Source: an uncultured Desulfosarcina sp.
GTDB taxonomy: Bacteria; Desulfobacterota; Desulfobacteria; Desulfobacterales; Desulfosarcinaceae
Length of the DNA: 64,000 nucleotides
Direction of reading: 5' to 3'
Assembly: GCA_963674945.2 (NCBI GenBank)
Contig: CAXXWQ010000004.1
Coordinates: 2,880,001 to 2,944,000 of the forward strand
Below, one piece after another: positions 37,819 through 52,400 of the stretch. The position numbers and the translations under genes were made by a program. The notes beneath the pieces were generated by a model. That model made no database searches. It saw nothing but the letters and a program-made list of their open reading frames with translations, and had not been told where the DNA came from. Numbering within the stretch: position 1 is the stretch's first letter; every line of letters begins with the position of its first letter.

Positions 37819-40327
37819 GACTCGAATTTCTTTTGGTAATGACGGCGGTGAGGATCTGTTGATCGTCCAAATGAAAGACGCTTTTCATGACGTGGGCGGG
37901 TCTCACCGTCAATTGGTCATGCAAACCAAGGGTAATGGATAGACGACGGTTATCGATCAGACGAATTCGAACCACCGCCTTTTTCAGGTCGACGACACCC
38001 TTTTTTCCTTTCTTTCTTTTCCTTTCTATCGGTACGTTCTCTTGGCGCAAAAACCAGTCTAAATCTTTTTCAGTAAAAAAGCCATCTTTTAGTTCCACAT
38101 GGTATTCCTGCTCGATGTTCCGATTCAAGGATATTTCCCGCACATATGGCGTACACCCGACAATCTCTAATCCATCGGGAAGTTGTCCTGTAAGGCACCG
38201 ACACAATGACATCGGATCGACCTGCCGGGTCAAACCGATCAACATCTGCTCCGCTTCACTTTGCATTCCAAGGGGTAAGGTATCTTTAAAGGATATCTTC
38301 GGCATGGGGTGATATCCCTTAGAATATTGAAGCGGCAACCGCTCTCTTCTCAGGCATCGGGTAAAGACCTTGGTCATCTCCAAATGACCCAAAAAGCGCG
38401 CCAATCCAACCTTTTTATAATTTATCAGATACTTGAATGATGATCCCGTTTTTGATGAATCATCGGTAGTAACGGGGAGGGAAACAAAACCCTTTTGTTC
38501 ATGGAACGAAATGGGGCGGACTGCATCGAAATCACAGATTCCGCAACCAGCACACCTTCCGGTTCTACAGTCGTCTGTCCTCTCTTGCCGGATCGCTCTT
38601 TCCCTTTCTTGTTGAAGAAAGGACCGATCCACTCCCATGTGGATATGATCCCACGGCAAGGATGCACCGGGGTCCGAATTGCAGTTGTTGTAGGACTCTG
38701 GTTCTATACCGTTTTCGGATAGAACCCGAATCCATGTTTCGTATTTGAAATAATCGCTCCACCCGTCAAAACGGCAACCCTTTTCCCACGCGTCGACCAA
38801 AACCTTACGCAACATTCGATCTCCCCGTGAAAAAACACCTTCGACCACGCTGACTTTTGGATCCTGCCATTTTACCTTGACACCGGACATTTTTACGTTG
38901 TCTTTAAGCCATTCGATCTTTTCCGTCGCCTCTTCCAGCGATATTTGCGGCTCCCATTGAAAGGGCGTGTGTGGTTTGGGTACGAAGGTGGCCACGCTAA
39001 CGTTTATCGTCGCACGCTTTCCGTATCTCGTTGTTTGGTTTTTCAGTTTTTTGACAAGATCGACGATGGCCTCGATATCCTCTTTTGTCTCCGTGGGAAG
39101 ACCGATCATGAAGTACAGCTTGATTACCTTCCAACCGAGGGAAAATGCATCGGTGACTGTTCGTATGATGTCCGCTTCGGTAATATTTTTATTAATGACA
39201 TCCCGCAGTCGTTGACTACCCGCTTCCGGTGCGATGGTGAATCCCGTCTTCCGGACCTTTTTGATCAGTTCCATCAGTTCTGGCGTAAGAGAACCGGCCC
39301 TTAGAGAGGGAAGAGATACCGCCACATGGTCCCTTTCTCCGAAAGACATGATGCCTTTCATCAAGGGAACGATACAAGAATAGTCACCCGTGCTCAAAGA
39401 GAGTAATGAAAGATCTTCGTATCCTGTTTCGGAAAGCAGACGTTTCACCGAATCCATGATCGCTTCCGGATGACGTTCACGTACCGGGCGATAGATCATA
39501 CCTGCCTGGCAAAAACGACATCCTCTGGTGCATCCCCTTGCGATTTCCATTCGCAGCCGGTCATGTACCGGGCGGCCAAAGGGAACCACGGGTTTTTTTG
39601 CAAAAGGCGCCTTATTTAGATCCGCCACCAAAACCTTTTCAATTTTCGATGGCGCTGCTGGATCCGTAGGGACCAATTTCCAGCCGTCGTTACTTATAAG
39701 GTTATAAAAACCGGGAATATAGACACCCTTGATGCTCGACCATTTGTGCAAAAGATCCTTACGTTTTCGATTTTCGCGTTTTTGCCAGGAAAACCATGCA
39801 TCGGTCATCTGTAACACTACCTCTTCCCCATCTCCGATAACGATGGCATCGAAAAAATCGGCGACGGGTTCCGGATTGCTGGTACACGGTCCGCCGGCGA
39901 TGACAAAGGGGGCGGTCTCACTGCGCTGGTGTGAAAAAAAGGGAATTTTCGATAGATGGAGCATATTCACCATATTGGTGTAATTCAATTCATAGAGCAG
40001 GCTGAATCCGACGATATCGAAACGATGCAGGGGGGTTTGGGACTCCAAAGAGAACAGGGAAACACCATTGTTTGTGAGCTGCTGCTCCATATCCAAGGCC
40101 GGGGCGAATACCCGTTCGGCGACAATGTCCTCCTTCTCGTTCAGTATTCCGTATAAAAGTTGAATACCGAAGTGGGATGTTCCGATTTCATACAGATCGG
40201 GAAAGGCCAAGGCCACATGAAGGGTGGTTCGATCCCAGGATTTTCGTATGCAATTTATTTCGTTTCCGATATACCGGCTGGGCATCTGAACTTGCGACAG
40301 GATATCTTGAATGGTCTGATCACTCAT
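37811..40327 (-). CDS. TIGR03960-type radical SAM protein with C-terminal DUF2344-like domain
   Basis: FPDLYEIG, RGCTRGCRFC, APEAGSQRLR, FVPKPHTPFQW, YSKGYHPMPK. Confidence 0.88.
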   Translation of the reverse strand: MSDQTIQDILSQVQMPSRYIGNEINCIRKSWDRTTLHVALAFPDLYEIGTSHFGIQLLYGILNEKEDIVAERVFAPALDMEQQLTNNGVSLFSLESQTPLHRFDIVGFSLLYELNYTNMVNMLHLSKIPFFSHQRSETAPFVIAGGPCTSNPEPVADFFDAIVIGDGEEVVLQMTDAWFSWQKRENRKRKDLLHKWSSIKGVYIPGFYNLISNDGWKLVPTDPAAPSKIEKVLVADLNKAPFAKKPVVPFGRPVHDRLRMEIARGCTRGCRFCQAGMIYRPVRERHPEAIMDSVKRLLSETGYEDLSLLSLSTGDYSCIVPLMKGIMSFGERDHVAVSLPSLRAGSLTPELMELIKKVRKTGFTIAPEAGSQRLRDVINKNITEADIIRTVTDAFSLGWKVIKLYFMIGLPTETKEDIEAIVDLVKKLKNQTTRYGKRATINVSVATFVPKPHTPFQWEPQISLEEATEKIEWLKDNVKMSGVKVKWQDPKVSVVEGVFSRGDRMLRKVLVDAWEKGCRFDGWSDYFKYETWIRVLSENGIEPESYNNCNSDPGASLPWDHIHMGVDRSFLQQERERAIRQERTDDCRTGRCAGCGICDFDAVRPISFHEQKGFVSLPVTTDDSSKTGSSFKYLINYKKVGLARFLGHLEMTKVFTRCLRRERLPLQYSKGYHPMPKISFKDTLPLGMQSEAEQMLIGLTRQVDPMSLCRCLTGQLPDGLEIVGCTPYVREISLNRNIEQEYHVELKDGFFTEKDLDWFLRQENVPIERKRKKGKKGVVDLKKAVVRIRLIDNRRLSITLGLHDQLTVRPAHVMKSVFHLDDQQILTAVITKRNSSHV

Positions 40328-40371
40328 GGTATATTTCTTAAATGATTGTGAATCCTTAAAAAGGGTTTGAA

Positions 40372-41796
40372 ATGACAAAGTTGTCGATACAAATCAACAA
40401 AAAAAAAATACGCATCCTTTTGTTTTTCGGTTCGCTATCGATTTTCTCGTTGTTTGGGTTCACTACCGTTGGAAGCGAACAAACACGGGAAAACAATGTG
40501 GTAAAAGCCGTAAGAAAGGTCAGTCCGGCAGTCGTCAATATAAGTTCTGAATATGAGATTCGCAAGAATTCCAATCCGTTTTCCATATACGGAATGGATC
40601 CCATGTTTGAAAATTTCTTCCGCGACTTCTTTTCTCCGGAATATAACCGAAGGGAAAAGCGAACCAGTCTCGGCTCCGGTGTCATCATCGACGGTGATCG
40701 CGGTTTCGTCTTGACAAATGCACACGTCATCGAAAAGGCAACATCCATCCACGTCACATTGAACGACGAACGCGAACTTTCGGCGACGATCGTGGGCATG
40801 GATCCGGATTCGGACCTGGCAGTCCTGAAAATCGAATCCGAACATCCATTGCCATCGGTTCAGATGGGAGATTCCGACGATATCATGATCGGCGAGTCGG
40901 TTATCGCCATCGGCAATCCTTTCGGTTTTTCCCACACGGTTACCACCGGTGTGGTCAGTGCCGTAAATCGAAGCATCAAAACCAATAACCACATCTTTCA
41001 CGAATTCATTCAAACCGATGCCTCCATCAATCCGGGAAACAGTGGTGGTCCCTTGCTGAATATCGATGGTCAGCTTATCGGCATCAACACGGCCATCTAT
41101 GCAGAAGCACAGGGAATCGGTTTCGCCATTCCAATTAACCGGGCACGCCGTATCGTTTCCGATCTGATTAACTTTGGCCAGGTGGTACAGGCGTGGATTG
41201 GTCTTGCCGTCCAGTCCATCGACACCAGTTTGTCTGCCTACCTGAATATCGATCGCGGTGTCGGTGTCATCGTCAGTCAGGTGGAACTCGAAAGCCCCGC
41301 GGCTTCGGAGGGCTTTCTCGAAGGAGATATCATCATCAGCGTAGACGGGGAAAAAATAACCGGCCTGGAAAGCTATATCGCAAAAATAAAAGATGTTTCC
41401 GTCGGACAAATCATTCAAATAGCGATGATTCGCCAGGGAAAAAGCAAAACCCTCTCTTTGACGGCTACCAAGTTTCCCGTGGAACAGGCGCTGAATCTGG
41501 CGAAACGGCGAATGGGTATCGAAATCTCTCCCCTCGATGAAAAGATCCGCTCTGAATACGGCATTCGTGCAACAAAAGGCGTTTTAATCTCTAAAATGCA
41601 GCGAAATAGCCACCTGTATCGAATCGGAGTACGTCCGGGGGATATCGTTCGTCAAATCGACGAAGCGCGGATCGACGACATGGAAGATTTTAAAACGGCC
41701 ATCGTCAGATACCGAAACAAGACGTCGGTGGTGATGTTGATTCTGCGTGATGGCCAATTTTACTACGTCAATGCCAATATGAAGGATGGCGGATGA
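40372..41796 (+). CDS. DegP/DegQ (HtrA) serine protease with two PDZ domains
   Basis: [19 protein letters not shown]. Confidence 0.93.
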   Translation: MTKLSIQINKKKIRILLFFGSLSIFSLFGFTTVGSEQTRENNVVKAVRKVSPAVVNISSEYEIRKNSNPFSIYGMDPMFENFFRDFFSPEYNRREKRTSLGSGVIIDGDRGFVLTNAHVIEKATSIHVTLNDERELSATIVGMDPDSDLAVLKIESEHPLPSVQMGDSDDIMIGESVIAIGNPFGFSHTVTTGVVSAVNRSIKTNNHIFHEFIQTDASINPGNSGGPLLNIDGQLIGINTAIYAEAQGIGFAIPINRARRIVSDLINFGQVVQAWIGLAVQSIDTSLSAYLNIDRGVGVIVSQVELESPAASEGFLEGDIIISVDGEKITGLESYIAKIKDVSVGQIIQIAMIRQGKSKTLSLTATKFPVEQALNLAKRRMGIEISPLDEKIRSEYGIRATKGVLISKMQRNSHLYRIGVRPGDIVRQIDEARIDDMEDFKTAIVRYRNKTSVVMLILRDGQFYYVNANMKDGG

Positions 41797-43178
41797 TGAA
41801 AAGAACAAAAATAAATACGTTGTTGAAATCAGAAAAACCGCTTGAAAACGTAACGATAAAGGGATGGATTCGAACCAAACGGGATTCTAAAACCTTCTCC
41901 TTTATTGAAGTGAACGACGGCTCCTGCCTTACCAACATCCAAGTGGTCGTCGATGACACAACACCGGATTACAATGAAATCAAGAAATTGACCACCGGAT
42001 CGGCAATCACCGTATGGGGGTCTCTGGTCGCCTCCCAAGGCAAGGGTCAACAATGGGAGATACAGGCAAATGGAATCGAACTCATCGGCATTGCACCGGA
42101 TACCTATCCTCTCCAGAAAAAGCGTCACAGTGATGAATTTTTACGGACCATTGCCCACCTGCGACCTCGAACCAATAAATACGGTGCCATTTTCAGAATC
42201 CGATCGGAACTTGCCTGGGCCGTTCATCATTTTTTCAGGGAAAGGGGATTCCGATACATTCATACGCCGGTAATTACCGGTTCTGATTGTGAAGGGGCTG
42301 GAGAACTATTTCGGGTGACGACCCTGGATCCCTGCCTCTCCATACCACCCGGTGAAAAATTCGATTATTCAAAGGATTTCTTCGGTGCGGAATCCAGTCT
42401 TACCGTTTCCGGCCAATTGTCGGCAGAGATGTTCGCCCTCTCCCTAGGTGACGTCTACACCTTCGGCCCTACCTTCCGCGCGGAAAATTCAAACACCAGC
42501 AGGCATGTGGCGGAGTTCTGGATGATCGAACCGGAAATGGCCTTTTGTGATCTTGACGGAAACATGGATATAGCGGAAACCTTCGTCAAACATCTCGTCT
42601 CCTTCGCCATGGAAAATTGCATGGAAGACCTGACACTTTTTTCCCGTTTCGTGGATAAAACCCTCCAAAAGACGCTGGAAAATATATCAAGTGCGAATTT
42701 TGCCCGAATCCCATATGAAGAGGCGGTCGATATTCTGTTGGGATCGAAAACGTCTTTCGAATTCGATGTTTCCCATGGCGCGGACCTTCAGTCGGAACAC
42801 GAACGCTACCTGACAGAAGTTCATTTTAAAAAGCCTGTTATTTTGTACGACTATCCAAAAAACATCAAACCTTTTTACATGCGTCTCAACGACAATGACG
42901 AAACCGTGGCAGCCATGGATCTTCTGGTTCCCCGAATCGGTGAACTCATCGGCGGCAGTCAGCGGGAAGAACGGTTGGATGTGCTTACGATGCGAATGGA
43001 TCAGGCAAAACTTCCAAAGGAGCGATACTGGTGGTACCTTGACTCGAGGCGCTACGGCAGTGTTCCCCACAGCGGTTTCGGATTGGGATTCGAAAGATTG
43101 TTGATGCTCGTTACCGGTGTATCCAACATCCGTGATGTCATTCCATTTCCAAGGACGCCGGGAAATATAGAATTTTAA
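41793..43178 (+). CDS. asnS: asparagine--tRNA ligase
   Basis: [36 protein letters not shown]. Confidence 0.96.
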   Translation: MMKRTKINTLLKSEKPLENVTIKGWIRTKRDSKTFSFIEVNDGSCLTNIQVVVDDTTPDYNEIKKLTTGSAITVWGSLVASQGKGQQWEIQANGIELIGIAPDTYPLQKKRHSDEFLRTIAHLRPRTNKYGAIFRIRSELAWAVHHFFRERGFRYIHTPVITGSDCEGAGELFRVTTLDPCLSIPPGEKFDYSKDFFGAESSLTVSGQLSAEMFALSLGDVYTFGPTFRAENSNTSRHVAEFWMIEPEMAFCDLDGNMDIAETFVKHLVSFAMENCMEDLTLFSRFVDKTLQKTLENISSANFARIPYEEAVDILLGSKTSFEFDVSHGADLQSEHERYLTEVHFKKPVILYDYPKNIKPFYMRLNDNDETVAAMDLLVPRIGELIGGSQREERLDVLTMRMDQAKLPKERYWWYLDSRRYGSVPHSGFGLGFERLLMLVTGVSNIRDVIPFPRTPGNIEF

Positions 43179-43969
43179 TCGGTTTTCAGGCATCTTAGCT
43201 TGGCCAGATCCTCTGCATATCCGTACAGGTGTAGGCCTTTGCTCTCAACGATCATCTCTCCATCCGCAACGCCGATTTCACCGGCCATGTACTCTTTCAG
43301 ATTCTGAATTCCCGCGAGATTGGCCGGCATACCGCCCCATAAATCCCAGGAACGAAAATAGACGATGAAATGAAGTGTATCATCCTGGATTCGGGTATCG
43401 ATGGATCGAAGACACGGCGGATCTACGAGGGTAACATCCGATGGGTGCGCGACCTGGAGAACCATCTGGTTGTTTCGGTGACCATAGCGTCTGTACGTAT
43501 CGATAATCCATTCGATCTGATTCAGGTATAAGATTCCGTCCTCCTCGAAAAGTATATTTTCATCATTATCCCGAAGATCGATAATTTCGGTATTTCCCGA
43601 TTTCCACCATTTCAGTTTCTCCCCGGTAATGGGAACCCTTGTCAGCCTTTCCCCATAGGTATAGGATTCACCGGGTTCCTTGTGCCCCGTCATCAGATAT
43701 TCAATATAGGACCGATTGTACCCGTCCCCGCCGAAGATGTAGGCCTCCTCAACCGGATTGGGAATTCCACACGATGGGGGAATATCCGGAATCAGCGGTT
43801 GTGTCCCTGGATATTCCACATGTCCGATAAAATAGTCGTATTCCAGGCGCGTCTGACCGGCATATGAGCCACGATCGATAGTGAATCGACGACCGTATTC
43901 CAGAATATCATGAACGGCCTGAAACCACAGATCGGGAAGATCCCTTGCATTTACATTGTGTAATTTCAT
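43175..43969 (-). CDS. thymidylate synthase family protein (short ThyA-like)
   Basis: YTYGERL, PPCL, FRSWD, PAN, LHLY. Confidence 0.8.
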   Translation of the reverse strand: MKLHNVNARDLPDLWFQAVHDILEYGRRFTIDRGSYAGQTRLEYDYFIGHVEYPGTQPLIPDIPPSCGIPNPVEEAYIFGGDGYNRSYIEYLMTGHKEPGESYTYGERLTRVPITGEKLKWWKSGNTEIIDLRDNDENILFEEDGILYLNQIEWIIDTYRRYGHRNNQMVLQVAHPSDVTLVDPPCLRSIDTRIQDDTLHFIVYFRSWDLWGGMPANLAGIQNLKEYMAGEIGVADGEMIVESKGLHLYGYAEDLAKLRCLKTD

Positions 43970-44220
43970 TTCAAACTCCCGATAATTACAAAAATTGGTA
44001 TATTTATTTTATAATATTTCCAGATAGTTTAAAAAAATAACATTTTTTTTTAAATTATTAAGCAATACGTATTGACAGCGGATCTTCTATATGAGAGGTA
44101 TAAATTGCTCTTGACCGCTGTTCATTTAGTCCTCCAGTTGAAGTGAATCGCTGAACCGCATAATGTTGAACCGAAATCCGGATGCTGACGTTGAGCCGAA
44201 AGCCTGGAACGTAAAGAGCG

Positions 44221-44280
44221 CACCCATTTAAGAACCCCTGAATCTCCATTTTCGGAAATTCAGGGGTTCTTCATTGGGTG
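44221..44280. terminator. long hairpin downstream of gyrB
   Basis: AAGAACCCCTGAAT/ATTCAGGGGTTCTT, extended by CACCCA/TGGGTG. Confidence 0.7.
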
Positions 44281-44303
44281 GTACACAATTAAGAATATGC
44301 CTT

Positions 44304-46700
<2,397 letters not shown>

Positions 46701-46742
46701 CTATTTTTCCGTTGGTTGTGAAATCAATGATCAGATAGGAAG

Positions 46743-47861
46743 TTATATTCTCATGGGCATGATAACGCTGATAAAAGACTTGTCCGTCTCTCCTTCAACG
46801 ATACAAGGATGGCTGCTGTCCATGATATTGAGAACGATTTGATCACCATCGACAACACTCAAGGTGTCCAAAAAAAACTTCGGGTTAAATGCGGCTTCAA
46901 TGGGTTCTCCTGAAAATTCTATTTCCATATCCTCCTTGGATTCACCATAATCCGGATTGGTGGCATTTACCAACAATTTGTTTTCCTCGAAGGTAAAAAC
47001 GGCGCCCTTGTAATTGTCAGTTGCAAGAATCGACATTCGTTTCAGCATTTTACTAAATTTTGTCTTATCCAGTTGGATCAGATAGAATCCATCTTTATTT
47101 AAAATATCACCATATTTTGGAAATTCCCCCTCCAACATCCTGATGATAATCGTCTCTGATTCCTTTTTCACGATGAAATTGCTGTCCTTGATGCCGACTT
47201 GCACCTCACCCTCGATATCAAGGAACTTGGCGACTTCAACCAATCCCTTCTTGGGAATCAACACACCATCGCCAAGGGGCAGCTCACTTTGGGTTTCATA
47301 CACATGGTCCACCGCATTCAGCCTGCTGCCGTCCGTTGATACGATGCGAAGTCGTCTGCTATTACCATCTTCCATTCGTTCCAAGTATACACCGTTGATG
47401 TGCGCCCTTTTTTCATCTCCGGTCGCCGATATAACAACGGATCGATCGATCATTTTCTCGAGAATGAAAGCATCAATGGAGAAAAAATCCACTTCGGTAA
47501 AGTAAGGTGTTTCCGGAAAATCATCCGGATTCATCCCCACAATATGATATTGCACTTTATCGTTTCCGATTTCGATCCATCGATTTTCCACCTCGTTTAC
47601 AAGGATTTCCTCTTCGGGAAATTCCCTAACGATTTCATATAATTTTTTTGCGCTGACCGCCACTGTCCCCTCTTTTTCCACCGTAGCCGGATAGGATCCC
47701 TCGAATCCGGTTTCCAGATCGGTGGCCGTCAGGTGGATGGCGTTTCCCTCGGATCGGATCAGAACATTTTCGGTGATGGAAAGGTTGCTCTTCCGACCGG
47801 TCAATCCCTGTATCTTTGCCAGCACGGTAACGATTTGAAATTTGTTGATAATGAATTTCAT
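46743..47861 (-). CDS. dnaN: DNA polymerase III beta clamp
   Basis: ATDLE, STDGSRL, IPKK, VIMPMR. Confidence 0.96.
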   Translation of the reverse strand: MKFIINKFQIVTVLAKIQGLTGRKSNLSITENVLIRSEGNAIHLTATDLETGFEGSYPATVEKEGTVAVSAKKLYEIVREFPEEEILVNEVENRWIEIGNDKVQYHIVGMNPDDFPETPYFTEVDFFSIDAFILEKMIDRSVVISATGDEKRAHINGVYLERMEDGNSRRLRIVSTDGSRLNAVDHVYETQSELPLGDGVLIPKKGLVEVAKFLDIEGEVQVGIKDSNFIVKKESETIIIRMLEGEFPKYGDILNKDGFYLIQLDKTKFSKMLKRMSILATDNYKGAVFTFEENKLLVNATNPDYGESKEDMEIEFSGEPIEAAFNPKFFLDTLSVVDGDQIVLNIMDSSHPCIVEGETDKSFISVIMPMRI

Positions 47862-48106
47862 AATATATTTCCTTTATACTATATTGTACTTATAGTAAGG
47901 GCTGACAATAAGCTGATAACTTAGTAAGGATCTAATTTTAAACTATATAATTCTTTTTCCGATTGTTTACAACCAGATGATTTCGTCTTGAAAACTTGAT
48001 CGTTTTCATCATGGAAACCGCTTTTGTTCATAACTAAATAATTATTAACCAAATATCAATATACAAGTGTTCATAGTCATCGTGGCGAAACCTTGACCGT
48101 ATTACA
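47862..48106. other. candidate replication origin oriC
   Basis: AT-rich gap upstream of dnaN; box-like 9-mers, CAGCCC, trio-like TACTAT and AT tract; gene-strand bias changes near here. Confidence 0.6.
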
Positions 48107-48631
48107 TCATCCCTCCATCCATTTTCGAATTTTCAAAAGGATGGTCTGTTTCCATTGTTCCGATGCTCTCAATTTCAAGTAGGCATTGAACAGGTTGTTG
48201 ATGAGGTTGACTGCCTTTTCGTACAGGTACGCCTTTTCCAATACCATCGCCTCCAAATCCTCTTTTTTCTCCATGGGACCGGTTTCGGGGACTTTGAGGC
48301 CTGAAAAGCTAAGGCTTTCCCCTTTTAAGGTGAAGGCCCATTGTTGATTTTCCGAGGCGCAGGAAAGGTTGATCTCAACCACGACGGCGCCTTTTCGAAG
48401 GGCCAGAAAACCCTCTTCCAAGCCGGCGTCATCTCCTTTAATGGTGATCACCTCGGTGGCTTCGTTGTGGGTGTTCTCCAGAACAATACGATTGCCCAAA
48501 TACAAAGAGGTGAGACTTTCATCCAAGGATTGAAAAAAAGACTGGTTGGTCTCGATGGTAAACCACAACCAAGTTAAAAATTCGTTTCCGATAAATTTGT
48601 ATCGGTTGTATGCAACGGCTACGTCGAGCAT
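48107..48631 (-). CDS. RdgC-like conserved hypothetical protein
   Basis: FIGNEFLTWLW, ALRKGA, WAFTLKG; paired with the upstream gene. Confidence 0.65.
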   Translation of the reverse strand: MLDVAVAYNRYKFIGNEFLTWLWFTIETNQSFFQSLDESLTSLYLGNRIVLENTHNEATEVITIKGDDAGLEEGFLALRKGAVVVEINLSCASENQQWAFTLKGESLSFSGLKVPETGPMEKKEDLEAMVLEKAYLYEKAVNLINNLFNAYLKLRASEQWKQTILLKIRKWMEG

Positions 48632-48641
48632 CGCGGATGGT

Positions 48642-49256
48642 TCACTCCATGAATCGGGTTGGGGTTAATTGAAAGATGGCGTCCTTTTCCGCTTCCGACA
48701 AAGGTGAGGTCAATGCCGCCATGGTGTAGGGAAATAACCGAATCAATTTAACATTAAAAGAGCGGGCAAAGAGTGTCTCCAACTCCTCGTTGGCGCCCTT
48801 CAGATTGGAAAAGAACCAAAGATGGTTTTCCTCATAATTCCATATGAGATCGTAAATATTCGGTGTTGCGGGAATCCGAAGGTATAAGACGTTTAAAACG
48901 TGTTCCCTGATCTCCTTTTTTTCGGTTTTGCTCAAAAAATCCCGACCGCTATTTTTCAGTCGTTTTTTCATTTCCAGGTGATAGTGCTTCTGGACAATCT
49001 TGGCTGGGATGTTTTTTTTGTCGATTCGCATGGAAAAAACAAGGTGGGTTCCGATCAGAAAAGGGGATTGATCGAAATCGGAGCTGAAGGGATCATTAAA
49101 ACAAGTCCAGCCGATGGCCTTGTCCGCAGCATCGTTGTCGATCTCTTCGATTGTATTTTTTTTCAGACCACGGGACACGGTCTCCATGATCGGTTCGGAT
49201 AGTTTTCCTTCCACGTGATATTGGGTAATGGAAGCGGACGACGATAAGATCCCCAT
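48642..49256 (-). CDS. RdgC-like protein (N-terminal-type)
   Basis: IGW, MRIDKKNIP, KKEIRE, LFARSF. Confidence 0.7.
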   Translation of the reverse strand: MGILSSSASITQYHVEGKLSEPIMETVSRGLKKNTIEEIDNDAADKAIGWTCFNDPFSSDFDQSPFLIGTHLVFSMRIDKKNIPAKIVQKHYHLEMKKRLKNSGRDFLSKTEKKEIREHVLNVLYLRIPATPNIYDLIWNYEENHLWFFSNLKGANEELETLFARSFNVKLIRLFPYTMAALTSPLSEAEKDAIFQLTPTRFME

Positions 49257-49430
49257 ATTTATATCCTATTTATTTAAAATAAAAACAAGTATATATAACA
49301 TTTTTAAATTTGTTTTTCAAGCTGTTTTTATTATTCTTGGTGAGTTGACAAAACAGGGTGGATGGTCCAAAACGTCATACATCACCCTATTCGCTGCAAT
49401 ATGGATTTACAAAGTTGAGTTATGTGAGCC

Positions 49431-52400
49431 ATGGTAACCAAACCCTTTATCGCCGATCTTCATATCCATTCGAAATATTCCCGTGCAACGGCGCGCAACC
49501 TCGATCTGGAAAATATTTACATATGGGCCCAGCGAAAAGGTATAACGGTGGTGGGAACCGGGGATTTTACCCATCCCGAATGGTTCGATCAGTTAAAGGA
49601 GAAACTGGAACCAGCAGAACCCGGTTTGTATCGTCTGAAACCGGATATCGCTTCTCGTTGCGACGAAGAGGTGCAGACCTCGTGCCGCGGTATCGTGCGC
49701 TTCATGCTCACCTGTGAGATCAGTAACATCTATAAAAGAGAAGGACATACGCGAAAAAATCATAATCTGGTATTCTTTTCCGAAATGGCTGACGTGGAAA
49801 AATTCAATTCCCGACTGGAAGAGATCGGAAACATTCGCTCCGACGGACGGCCCATATTGGGATTGGACGCCCGCAATCTATTGGAGATCGTTTTGGAGAC
49901 TTCCGATGAAGGATATCTGGTTCCCGCGCATATCTGGACGCCCTGGTTTTCCATGTTGGGCTCGAAGTCGGGATTCGATTCCATCGAAGCGTGTTTTTCT
50001 GATCTTCGTTCCCACGTATTTGCGGCAGAAACAGGACTTTCTTCGGATCCTGCAATGAACTGGCGTGTGTCCGACCTGGACGGGTTGACCCTGATCTCCA
50101 ATTCCGATGCCCATTCCCCTTCGAAACTGGGAAGGGAGGCGAACCGATTTACCACTTCTTTGGATTACCATGCCATGCGATCGGCGCTGGAAACGGGAGA
50201 TGGATTTGCCGGTACCTTTGAATTTTATCCGGAAGAGGGAAAATATCATGTCGACGGGCATCGAAAGTGCGAGATCGCCTTCACCCCTGCGCAGACCCGG
50301 TCCCACAAGGGAATCTGTCCCGTATGCCAAAGACCTTTGACCCTCGGCGTGCTTCACCGAGTGGTTGATTTGTCGACCCGGCCCGAAGGCGTCAGGCCGA
50401 AACGGTCCTTTCCCTTTCACCGCCTCATACCTCTGGACGATCTTTTATCGGAGATTTTACGGGTGGGTGTGCAATCCAAAAAAGTCAAACAAAATTACCA
50501 GATCCTTTTGGAAAAACTGGGAAGTGAATTTTCCATTCTCCACGATCTGGAAAAAGAGATCATCGAAACCGCCGGTATTCCTTTGCTGGCAGAAGCCATA
50601 GAACGAATGCGTGACAACCGGGTAAATTTTTCTCCCGGATTTGACGGACAATATGGAACGGTTCGGATTTTCTCTGAACAGGAACGAAAACAACTGTTGG
50701 GGCAACGCATGCTTTTTGCCAATTTCGAGAAACAATGCGATTCATCAAAGGCGGAAAAAGAGAAAATTCCTTGTTCCACCGGTGCATTTTCGTCCTGTTC
50801 GATTCCGCGGGAAAATCGTATTGAAAATACGCATTCTTTTGGTTTGAATGCGGACCAGCAACAGGCCGTTGACCACGATAAAGGATCTCTCATGATCGTG
50901 GCGGGGCCGGGAACGGGCAAAACGCGCACCCTTACCCATAAGATCGCCCGATGCATCCAAGATGGCACCGATGCCGAAAAAATCCTCGCAGTGACATTTA
51001 CCAACAAGGCTGCGACGGAAATGAAGGAACGACTCACCGATCTCATTTCCCGGGACATTCCTGTTCCCTTCGTCGGAACCTTTCATGGACTGGGATATGA
51101 AATCCTGCGCAGTTGTTCAGACGATGCACCACCTGTAATCGTGGATGAACGGATGCGAAAAGATCTGGTAAGAGATGCCATTGTCTTGGGGGGAATTTCC
51201 AATTCGACTGCGAACAAGGAAATCAAGGATATTCTCGCGCGGATTGCCTTGGCCAAACAAAGGATGAAAGCCAGTGATGACCAACTGGACGGCATCTGCC
51301 CTTCCGACCGATTAGATGTATTTTCGAAATGTTATCAAATTTATGAGCATCTTCTTCGTTTTCAGGGACTCGTGGATTTCGAAGACCTGATTTTCAGAAC
51401 CGTAAAATCCCTTCAGACAGATCCCAAAGCACGTAGAAAATACATCGGTCGTTACGAATACCTTTTCGTCGATGAATACCAGGATATCAACGCCGGTCAA
51501 TATCGATTGGTGCGGTTACTTGCCGGCGATCATGCAAAGGTATGTATTATCGGTGATCCGGATCAGGCCATCTACGGATTCAGGGGATCGGACGTAAAAT
51601 GTTTTTCCTGGTTCATGAACGATTTTCCCGATGCCCGTCCCATTTACCTGAAGCGAAACTACCGGTCGACAACAACGATTCTGGACATATCCACCCAGGT
51701 CATCCAACGAAATCCGGAAATACAAGCCATTGGAGGCCGTAAACAGATATTTTCGGATGTGGCCGGAAACCGCACGATCCAGTTTATCAGTGCAGTTTCC
51801 GAAAAGGCGGAGGCCGTCGCCATCGGAAAGACCATCGAAACGATGATGGGCGGTACCAGTTTTTTCAGTATGGACACGGAGGCGGTGGACAGCACCAACA
51901 AGACCCCCGCATTCGGTTTTTCAGACTTTGCCGTGTTATGCCGCACCCGTCGCCAGGGACATTGCCTGATGGACGTTCTGGAAAAAGCGGGTATTCCCTG
52001 CCAGATGGTCGATCGAAACGGGGTATTGGACCATCCGGGAATTCAGGCGGTGCTCTCTTTGTTCAGGCTGATTTGCCTCGAACCCCTTTTCGCCGATCTT
52101 CATCATGTATCGGAAATATTCAAGCCGTCGTTATCGAAACCGACCATCGAAATCGTAAAGAATTGGTCATATACCAATGATCTTTCCTGTTCCATGGCTC
52201 TGGAACAGGCACGGCGGTTGCCAATTCCGGATCTGGGACGATCGAGACAAAAGCAACTCTATGAAATTACGAGAAAATTAAATGAATGTAGGGAAAACTT
52301 CAAAGAATCCACCATAGATGCGGTACTCGGATGGATTTTGGATCGGATGCGCAATGGAAGAAAAATGGAAGGGGATCGATCGTTCGAAAAGGGTCGAGCC

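Noticed and set aside
44107..44226. tRNA-Sec, 6S or SRP identity for the structured element
   Set aside because: No correctly ordered D/anticodon/T arms, no SRP motif, and no single 6S-like rod evident; kept only as an unassigned candidate
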